Source: Paramicrosporidium saccamoebae KSL3
Lineage: Eukaryota > Fungi > Cryptomycota
DNA: 9,884 nucleotides
Reading direction: 5' to 3'
NCBI GenBank assembly: GCA_002794465.1
Contig: MTSL01000153.1
Span: 12,163 to 22,046, forward strand
Shown: positions 1-6,421 of the stretch, piece after piece
How positions within the stretch are numbered: position 1 is the stretch's first letter
How the letters are laid out: each line of letters starts with the position of its first letter
Position numbers and translations under genes: made by a program
The notes under the pieces: generated by a model
Databases searched by the model: none
What the model saw: the letters and a program-made list of their open reading frames with translations, nothing else
What the model was told of the DNA's origin: nothing

Positions 1-32
1 AATGTGACTATCCCACCGCCGAAGACAAAGGC

Positions 33-299
33 CTATGAGTATTCCCACACCGCCGCGGCTGAACTGACGTATACTATGGCGAAGCTTATGAAAAGCCCCA
101 AGTATACACGCCACTTACCTGAGCCATGGAAGGTTCCAAAGTCCGTCAGGCAGATAAAAAGCCCAAAGAGCAAGGATGCGAGAGCGCCGAGGACGATGGA
201 GAGTGCTCTGTCCACTTTGTGGCTGTCACAGAGCACAGGGCGGGCCAGGGTAATTATAGGAATCGCCCTGGAGCCACAGGGTATAGCATTATGGGATAA
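33..299 (-). CDS. Possible membrane-protein ORF or fragment with two hydrophobic segments; start not identified
   Basis: The frame is open from 299 to the TAG at 33-35 and encodes RALSIVLGALASLLFGLFICLT and WRVYLGLFISFAIVYVSSAAAVW. It has no in-frame ATG. Hydrophobic sequence (AFVFGGGIVT) continues after the stop to the window edge. A competing plus-strand frame 1..303 is also open. Confidence 0.25.
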   Translation of the reverse strand, partial: LSHNAIPCGSRAIPIITLARPVLCDSHKVDRALSIVLGALASLLFGLFICLTDFGTFHGSGKWRVYLGLFISFAIVYVSSAAAVWEYS

Positions 300-420
300 T
301 TAGTTAATTGGAATTTACCAGTCTAACTAATTAGCAAAGATAGAACCGAGGAGATTAATTAGAGAGATTAAGGTTTAATTTACATCTATTTGAACATTAC
401 CTTTATCGGATTCGGAAGGC

Positions 421-428
421 TATAAAAG
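421..428 (+). promoter_or_regulatory. TATA-like element TATAAAAG upstream of the paralog array
   Basis: Exact TATAAAAG in intergenic DNA about 300 nt before the copy A ATG. A similar CTATAAAA occurs at 1901-1908 before copy B. The motif is short and could be chance. Confidence 0.2.
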
Positions 429-598
429 GACTTGCAAGACAGGATCCGCCCATAACTGGTGGTCCTAATCCAAACAGCAGTCCCACAAGTCAGATCTGCC
501 TTATCAAAGTGGGTGCCCTTTATCAAGTACATCTATGCATGCACTCCCTCAGTAAGCGCCTTTTCAACGCTGTGATTGGCTCTTACATTCCCGTATTC

Positions 599-611
599 TA
601 GGCTCTTGGAT
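599..611 (+). promoter_or_regulatory. Conserved upstream block TAGGCTCTTGGAT (copy A), identical to 2015..2027
   Basis: 13/13 match to the block upstream of copy B. It starts 127 nt before the ATG in A and 123 nt before in B. Both are preceded by ATTGGC (575-580, 1993-1998). Confidence 0.45.
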
Positions 612-725
612 TAGAGTTTATTGGACCCTCCGGCACGCCGATTGAACAAGGATGAAAACAGGGAGCAAAATTCAGGTAGCCAAAATTCAAAGCACAATCC
701 AATAGTGAAGGAATTGGTGTCTGCA

Positions 726-1671
726 ATGGAGGGAGGCTCTGACACAGTAGTAGACAGTGAGATCTCTGACCGGTAAAAGGTAGAGGGCAAATTTGACAAT
801 GAAGTAGGCCTTGCATTTGAGTTTGAGGACTTTGACGAAGAGAATAATGTCCTCGAAAAGCTTGAAAAGATGATTCTTGGCTATGATGAGCCAAGTAATG
901 AGGACCCACTGGAGCGCATGGATAAAATCGCTGAACGATTTAAAGATTGCATGTTTGAGCAGGCTCCAAGGTATTAGGTTTCGCATGCGCTAATCGTTTA
1001 GAGAAAAGGACGGAATTTTCTGCATACTATATTATTCTTGCAGATGTGAAGTGGTAGCTGCGCGATGTGGCAAGCTGCCCGATTCACCGTTTACCAAAGA
1101 AGAGATTCCCCTCTTATTCGCTAATGAAATCGCTCGCATGACGGGAATCAAAGTGCTAACTGAAGAGACGTGTGTTTCGTGAAATTTACGTATGAACAAA
1201 CGCTACGAGGACTATCCAGGAATACGCGAATACTTTGCCGACGATGGGGTACTTGGATGGAGTTATGCTCCCAAAACACGCATCCCGGGGGAGCGCTGGA
1301 GATTACCCACATCTCAAGCATCACACGAGATTAGCTCTGTCTTTCGGCGCTTCGAGCTGTACAAGGAGGGCTACATTACAGTCGAGGAACGTCTTACGCG
1401 ATGGGGAATAGTAGTGAGTATTGCGTCAAAGATTCAGGAATTCAAACGGGGTTGCTCGGGCCGGGCCGAAGAGTGGAAAAATGTTCTCCTTGTTCTTGAC
1501 ACCCGTGAGGAAGACATTCAGACGATGGAAGAGTTTACTGGAAGAATGCACCTTTTAAACCCCGTTAGAGATCTCATTCCTATCCGAGTCCTGGAGATAA
1601 TTACTGTCTTTCGTGTTCTATTTCGTCTGTCACTGCAAGAGTTCGAGTTGGCTTGAAATGCATCTGCGTAA
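726..1671 (+). pseudogene. Paralog A of the tandem unknown family, join(726..970,1002..1671), with three in-frame stops
   Basis: ATG 726 aligns with the ATGs of B and C. The translation MEGGSDTVVDSEISDR*KVEGKFDNEVGLAFEFEDF... is colinear with B and C along its whole length. Stops: TAA 774-776 (Glu in B and C), TGA 1180-1182 (Trp), TGA 1654-1656 (Tyr). The terminal TAA 1669-1671 aligns with the B and C stops. No frameshifts. Confidence 0.8.
971..1001 (+). other. 31-nt spliceosomal intron in copy A (phase 2)
   Basis: GTATTAGGTTTCGCATGCGCTAATCGTTTAG has GT..AG ends and a branch-like GCTAAT. Removing it gives QAPR-EKDGIF, homologous to SELR-MKDGMF in B. Confidence 0.85.
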
Positions 1672-1707
1672 AAAAATTTCAAGAAACTAAAGTCTAGTCA
1701 CCAATGG

Positions 1708-1727
1708 GCATGACATTGCTGTCATTC
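1708..1727 (+). other. Conserved 3'-flank hairpin or inverted repeat after copy A
   Basis: GCATGACA-TTGC-TGTCATTC, 7 of 8 pairs. It lies inside a 26-nt block (1702..1727) that is 22/26 identical to 3117..3142. Confidence 0.45.
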
Positions 1728-2014
1728 GGAATCTCTCCCCCTACCAAGACACCTTGAAATAAATCTTGTACAATAGTTCTGCTACTGAAGAAACTACTAG
1801 GCCGAAGATGCCTAGACTACTCGATTATTATTTCATTTTCATCTAGTCGAACCACATCAGTAGACGGGACCCGCATTTTCAGAGAGCAAACATTGCTAGT
1901 CTATAAAACGCGTTCGGTTAAGAGCCGATCTGAGGGCGTTGCAATGCCAACTCTGATACTAGAAGAGTTTGGATATTTCTTGCCATCATGCCATTGGCCC
2001 ACATATTTATGCTA

Positions 2015-2027
2015 TAGGCTCTTGGAT
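2015..2027 (+). promoter_or_regulatory. Conserved upstream block TAGGCTCTTGGAT (copy B)
   Basis: Identical to 599..611 upstream of copy A. Confidence 0.45.
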
Positions 2028-2059
2028 GCTGCAAAAGTACATTAACAAGCGAAATCAGA

Positions 2060-2083
2060 AAATGTGAAACACGTAGCGGAATT
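2060..2083 (+). promoter_or_regulatory. Conserved upstream block AAATGTGAAACACGTAGCGGAATT (copy B)
   Basis: 21/24 identical to 3288..3311 upstream of copy C. It starts 78 nt before the ATG in B and 84 nt before in C. Confidence 0.45.
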
Positions 2084-2137
2084 GAAGGAAGCAATAAGAA
2101 GCTTTAAGTGACTCAATACAAAAGCCGGTGGCATACC

Positions 2138-3086
2138 ATGAAAAAAGACTTTGGTACCGCAATAGATCTTGAAGCTTCAAGTCGAGAAAAGGTGGAAGAC
2201 GAGTTTGAGAGCGAGACCTGCTCCGCCTTTGAATTTGACGACTTTGAGGAAGAGGATGATGGACTCAGACGGCTTGAAACGATGGTTTTTGGAAAAAGTA
2301 CGGAGAACGTTGACAATCCATTGAAGCGACTGAACAGGCTCGCAGAGTTGTTCAAAAATCAAATGTCCGAATCCGAGCTGAGGTAGCTGATTCGAGTTGT
2401 TCTCATAGTGTAGGATGAAAGATGGAATGTTTAGTCTCGTGCACCATGTTCCCGGGTGTGGAGCGGTGTCTACCTTTAGATGCGGAAAGTTGCCAAGTCA
2501 ACCATTTATCAAGGACGATATTCCGCATATATTTGCTAATGAAATTTCCCGTATAACAGGTATCAAGTTGGCCACAGACGAAACGCGTATCTCCTGGAAT
2601 GTCCGTGCACACATGTGCATTGAAGATTACCCGGGACTATATGAGTATTTTCTGGATAATGGTCTAGTGGGGTGCGGATATGCGCCCAAGACGCGTATTC
2701 CTGGAGAGCGTTGGAGGATGCCCACATCTCAAACATCACATGAAATTAGCGCCGTTTTTCAGCGCATCAAAATGTTTCGAGAAGGCTACCTAACAGCCGA
2801 GGAGCGTCTTACGCGCTGGGGAATAGTAATGAGTATTGCGTCAAAGATTCAGGAATTCAAACGGGGTTACTCGGGCCGGGCTGAAGAGTGGAAAAATGTT
2901 CTCCTCGTCCTTGACACCCGCGAGGAGGACATTCAGGTGATGGAAGATTTTACTGGTAAGATGCATCTCTTAGACCCAGTCAGTGATCTCATCCCGATCC
3001 GGGTTCTAGAGGTCATTACCGTATTCCGGGTTCTGTTCCGACTGTCACTGCAAGATTTCGAGTTGGCATATGAAGCTTCTGTGTAA
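2138..3086 (+). CDS. Paralog B, hypothetical protein of 305 aa, join(2138..2382,2414..3086)
   Basis: Two ORFs (2108..2386 and 2415..3086) are joined in frame by a 31-nt GT-AG intron (SELR-MKDGMF). ATG 2138 is chosen because it aligns with the starts of A and C. Many synonymous differences from C indicate coding constraint. I recognise no domain. Confidence 0.85.
2383..2413 (+). other. 31-nt spliceosomal intron in copy B (phase 2)
   Basis: GTAGCTGATTCGAGTTGTTCTCATAGTGTAG. Only the distal AG (2412-2413) restores the frame. Confidence 0.85.
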
Positions 3087-3122
3087 ATCGGTAGTAGTAA
3101 TTTTCAATCTCATAAACAATGA

Positions 3123-3142
3123 GAATGATATTGTTGTCATTC
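3123..3142 (+). other. Conserved 3'-flank hairpin or inverted repeat after copy B
   Basis: GAATGATA-TTGT-TGTCATTC forms 8 bp including one U-G wobble. It sits at the same distance from the stop codon as the copy A element. Confidence 0.45.
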
Positions 3143-3287
3143 CCTGTTGCCGTAAGCACATGCTGCATACGGTGCATGGCGGATAGAGTCGCAATGTACA
3201 ATCAATCCACCCTTTATGCACTGTTGCCCTCGACCTGAGAGCACTCATTGGGCGTGCCATAAAAAGGCACCAAAATGCCAGTTGAAC

Positions 3288-3311
3288 AAATGTGAAACAT
3301 GTAGTGGATTT
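3288..3311 (+). promoter_or_regulatory. Conserved upstream block AAATGTGAAACATGTAGTGGATTT (copy C)
   Basis: 21/24 identical to 2060..2083. Confidence 0.45.
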
Positions 3312-3371
3312 CGATAGGGCAGTTAATAGGAACTCTATCCAGCCTAACACTTGAGCGATAGCTAACACCTG

Positions 3372-4323
3372 ATGAAGAGAGATTTTGACACTTTACTAGT
3401 TTCTGAAAGTTCGATTCAGGAAAAGTTAAAGGATGAGTTTGAGCGGGAGACCTGCCTCGTATTCGAGTTCGATGACTTTCAACACAGAAAAAATGTTCTC
3501 TGTCATCTTGAGAAACTTTTACTCGGGGCCCGTACAGAGGACGACAATGCCCTTTTATCAGTGCGCATGGAAAGGCTTTTGGAGCTTTTCAAAGATTACG
3601 AGTTTGAGTCCGAGTTGAGGTACTTGATTCGAGTTGTTCTCATAGCATAGGGCCAAGGACGGCATGTTCAGTATCCTTCACAATGTCCCGCCATACGGTG
3701 TGGTATCAGCATTCAGATGTGGAAAGTTGCCAAACCAGCCGTTTAGCAAGGATGATGTTCCGCGCATGTTTGCTGAAGAGGTTGCCCGCATCACGGGGAT
3801 AAAGATCCTTGTGGAAGAAACAGAGGTTACTTGGGGCGTATGTGTGGATATGGACGTTGAGGAATATCCAGAAGTGCGTGGGTACTTTTTGGATGGTGGG
3901 GTTCTATGCTGGAGCTATACACCCAAATCACGCATCCCGGGTGAGAAATGGAGAATCCACAGATCCCAGGCTTCCCATGAAATTAGCGCTGTCCTACAAC
4001 GCATCAAAATGTTTCAAGAAGGCCACCTGACAGTTGAGGAGCGTCTTACGCGCTGGGGGATCGTGGTTGATGTTGCAACAAAGATTCAAGAGTTCAAGCG
4101 GGATTACTCTGGCCGAATTGAAGAGTGGAAAAATGTTCTCCTCGTCCTTGACACCCGCGAGGAAGACATTCAGGTGATGGAAGAGTTTACTGGCAAAATG
4201 CACCTCTTAAACCCCGTTAGTAATCTCATCCCCATCCGAGTCCTGGAGGTCATTACTGTCTTCCGTGTGCTGTTCCGCCTGTCACTGCAAGATTTCGAGT
4301 TGGCATATAAAGCTTCTGTGTGA
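3372..4323 (+). CDS. Paralog C, hypothetical protein of 306 aa, join(3372..3619,3651..4323)
   Basis: ORFs 3372..3650 and 3664..4323 are joined in frame by a 31-nt intron (SELR-AKDGMF). The product is colinear with B, with about 85/95 identity over the last 95 aa. Confidence 0.85.
3620..3650 (+). other. 31-nt spliceosomal intron in copy C (phase 2)
   Basis: GTACTTGATTCGAGTTGTTCTCATAGCATAG. Same position and length as in A and B. Confidence 0.85.
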
Positions 4324-4643
4324 AGGAACTTTAATCTAGCCAACAATAGAAACCTTGATGCTGCAATATAGAGCCACAAAGTCGGTTAGTGTGCGTAGTT
4401 ATTACTCCTTGAGTGGAATGTATTACTCTATTTGGGCAGTCGATAGGACTCCCTAACGATTGCGAGACGGTTGGCGACCCCAAATTAAATATTTATGCTA
4501 TCCTACATCCCACACCTTACAATGCAACCCAGTTACACTCAGGATGGTGACTATAAAAGCGCCATTAGTAAAGACACCCCACTTATTTATTGAGACTCTA
4601 GTGGGTATACCTTTTGTTTGATAAGAATAACTAGTGTATTGAT

Positions 4644-6065
4644 TTAGACGCTTAGCTTTTGGAAGGAATCGAGGACACCCAGAGTCACCAACATTTTTTT
4701 GACCTCCTCTACAATGTTGGAAAGTTGCACCTCGGTTTCCTCTCTAGATTCCACATTGCGGATCTTGACAGTGCCGGCTTTTATCTCGGAGGGTCCCATG
4801 ACGACAGCCAACGGAATGCCATTCTTCTCGCAGAAGCTAAACTGGTCCAACGTCTTCAACTTGCCCTTTTGTGACATTTCAGTGTTCAGACCAGCACTCC
4901 ATAACCGCGTGCACAAAGCCATCCGCTCCTCAATGAGATCGGCACCGGCAGCAGCAACGTAGACTTGAGTGGGAGATATTTTGGGGGCAGTGGCGCTCGC
5001 CTTGGCCTTTGCTTCCAGAATGACAAAGATGCGCTCGATGCCGACAGCTGCGCCAACACAGGGAATCTTTTGACCGGCAGAGAACATGCCGACCAAATTG
5101 TCATAGCGACCTCCACCGGCAATGGAACCAACTTCGGCGCCCAGCAGAACGGCCTCCAAGATGACACCCGTGTAATAGTCCAATCCTCGGGCCAAGCTCA
5201 TGTCAAAGACGACCTTGTCGCTGATTCCAAATGTTTCAAAGTACGTTGCCAATGTCATCAAATCTTCCAGTCCCTTCTTGGCACGCTCATTAGTGGCCAA
5301 AGACGAATCCAGCAGCTCTTGGATGAGCTCCTTACCTCCGCGTCTCCTCACAAAGCCTCCGATACGATCGGCAACGCCTTCTGAGATTCCCTTTTCCTCC
5401 ACCAACTCTTTGCGCACAGCATCCCAAGGCGACTTGTCCAACTTGTCGACAGCAGAACAGACAGTACGGAATTTGTCCTCGCTCACTCCACAATACTCAA
5501 ACAGTCCGTCCAGAATTTCACGACTGTTGTATTTAATCTCAAAAGGTCCAATTTCCAATTCGCTCAGAATGGAGGAAATGACCTTGAACACTTCAGCGTC
5601 AGGAAGCAACGGCACCAAATTGTCACCGGCAATATCAAAGTCGCATTGGTAAAATTCACGGTAACGGCCCTTTGTCAAAGCGGGTTGGTCGCGACGATAC
5701 ACTTTGGCGATTTGGTACCGCTTCATTTGAGAAATGTTCTTATTCATGGCCAAATAGCGCGCAAAGGGCACAGTCAGGTCGTACCGCAGACTGCACAACT
5801 CTCCACCTTGGTCTTGCAGGTCGTAAATCAGCTTACTGTCCTCTCCATACTTTCCCATCAATACCTCCTTAAGCTCAAAGACGGGTGTGTCAATGGTAAC
5901 TGCGCCGTGGCGTTTGAAGACGCGCGTCACGGTGGAAAAGACTTTTTCGCGAATGCTCATTTCAAATGGACCATAGTCCCGGGTTCCCTTTGGGGTCTTT
6001 AGTTCAGACATGCTACGTTTCACGGCTTGTTTTAGCGAATTGCTGGGCACGGTGACGCTGCTCAT
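4644..6065 (-). CDS. HTS1: Histidyl-tRNA synthetase, eukaryotic cytosolic type (class IIa), 473 aa
   Basis: Motifs [46 protein letters not shown], motif 2 [26 protein letters not shown], the HisRS-specific RGLDYYTG, motif 3 AGGGRYDNL...VGIERI, and a C-terminal anticodon-binding domain. The ORF is uninterrupted. Confidence 0.98.
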   Translation of the reverse strand: MSSVTVPSNSLKQAVKRSMSELKTPKGTRDYGPFEMSIREKVFSTVTRVFKRHGAVTIDTPVFELKEVLMGKYGEDSKLIYDLQDQGGELCSLRYDLTVPFARYLAMNKNISQMKRYQIAKVYRRDQPALTKGRYREFYQCDFDIAGDNLVPLLPDAEVFKVISSILSELEIGPFEIKYNSREILDGLFEYCGVSEDKFRTVCSAVDKLDKSPWDAVRKELVEEKGISEGVADRIGGFVRRRGGKELIQELLDSSLATNERAKKGLEDLMTLATYFETFGISDKVVFDMSLARGLDYYTGVILEAVLLGAEVGSIAGGGRYDNLVGMFSAGQKIPCVGAAVGIERIFVILEAKAKASATAPKISPTQVYVAAAGADLIEERMALCTRLWSAGLNTEMSQKGKLKTLDQFSFCEKNGIPLAVVMGPSEIKAGTVKIRNVESREETEVQLSNIVEEVKKMLVTLGVLDSFQKLSV

Positions 6066-6163
6066 CCTTAAATAGCTTTGAGCACCCCTGGATTACTCAT
6101 TCCGTCGCCGGTCTATTGGGACACGTGGAACTGGCCGAAGCGGATTCGTCCACGTCGACGACT

Positions 6164-6406
6164 GTGTCTATATTATCTATAGTATTTGCAAGATGGGCTG
6201 TATCTATAGTATCTATAGTATCTGTAGTACCTGTAGTATCTATAATATCTGCAGTATCTATAATATCTGCAGTATCTGTAGTATCTAGTATATCTGTTAC
6301 ATTTACCAAATCTATTACATTTACGACATCCACCACACCCACCACACCCACCACACCCACACACCCACCACATCTACCACACCCACACATACCCATTACA
6401 TTTAGC
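6164..6406. repeat. Degenerate 9-bp minisatellite (GTATCTATA / GTATCTGYA grading to ACATTTACC and ACACCCACC)
   Basis: About 22 units stay in one 9-nt register from 6164 to 6360. An 8-nt unit (6353-6360) shifts the register and a few more units follow to about 6406. No G occurs between 6326 and 6404 on the plus strand. Confidence 0.9.
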
Positions 6407-6421
6407 ACCGCCTCATCAGGT

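Noticed and set aside
33-68. Possible 36-nt minus-strand intron that would remove the TAG and extend the membrane ORF
   Set aside because: It is GC-rich, longer than the 31-32 nt introns, and lacks the TNAT-N4-TAG geometry seen in the four supported introns.
113-121. ACTTACCTG, matching the U1 snRNA 5' end (equivalently a perfect CAG|GTAAGT donor on the minus strand)
   Set aside because: There is no U1-70K loop (GAUCA..GAAG), U1A loop (AUUGCAC) or Sm site downstream. As a donor, none of the nearby AGs gives a longer open frame.
598-986. Minus-strand ORFs 598..909, 611..799 and 687..986
   Set aside because: These are antisense shadows of copy A exon 1, whose plus-strand frame is supported by homology to B and C.
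1180-1727. UGA recoding (Sec or Trp) in copy A, with the AUGA-containing 3' hairpin as a SECIS
   Set aside because: Copy A also has a TAA at 774. TGA is the normal stop of copy C (4321-4323). The hairpin is far too short and lacks the SECIS AUGA/GA kink-turn and apical AA geometry.
1902-1951. MCB-like ACGCGT (1908-1913) and RFX X-box-like GTTGCAATGCCAAC (1938-1951) upstream of B
   Set aside because: The motifs are short or imperfect and are not conserved upstream of A or C, so chance occurrence is expected.
2108-2137. GTG start at 2108 for copy B as given in the ORF track
   Set aside because: ATG 2138 aligns exactly with the ATGs of A and C, and the equivalent upstream frame in C contains several stops.
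3254-3270. GTGCC-ATAAAAA-GGCAC hairpin, and CTAGGC/GCCTAG at 1797-1815
   Set aside because: These are 5-6 bp stems with no counterpart in the other spacers, so they are within chance expectation.
4659-6002. Plus-strand ORFs overlapping HisRS (4659..4874, 4699..4962, 4965..5384, 5200..5652, 5646..6002, 5672..5872)
   Set aside because: They are antisense or alternate-frame by-products of a strongly supported gene and have no independent motifs.
6067-6096. Possible 30-nt GT-AG intron just upstream of the HisRS ATG fusing the repeat ORF to HisRS
   Set aside because: The repeat ORF's TGA lies immediately before the GT, the frame that would join HisRS has a stop at 6168-6170 and no ATG, and the branch geometry does not match.
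6164-6406. CRISPR array, or U2 snRNA (TGTAGTATCT resembles the U2 branch-pairing region)
   Set aside because: There are no unique spacers between the repeats and the context is eukaryotic. The U2-like 10-mer arises from the repeat unit and has no U2 stem-loops or Sm site around it.
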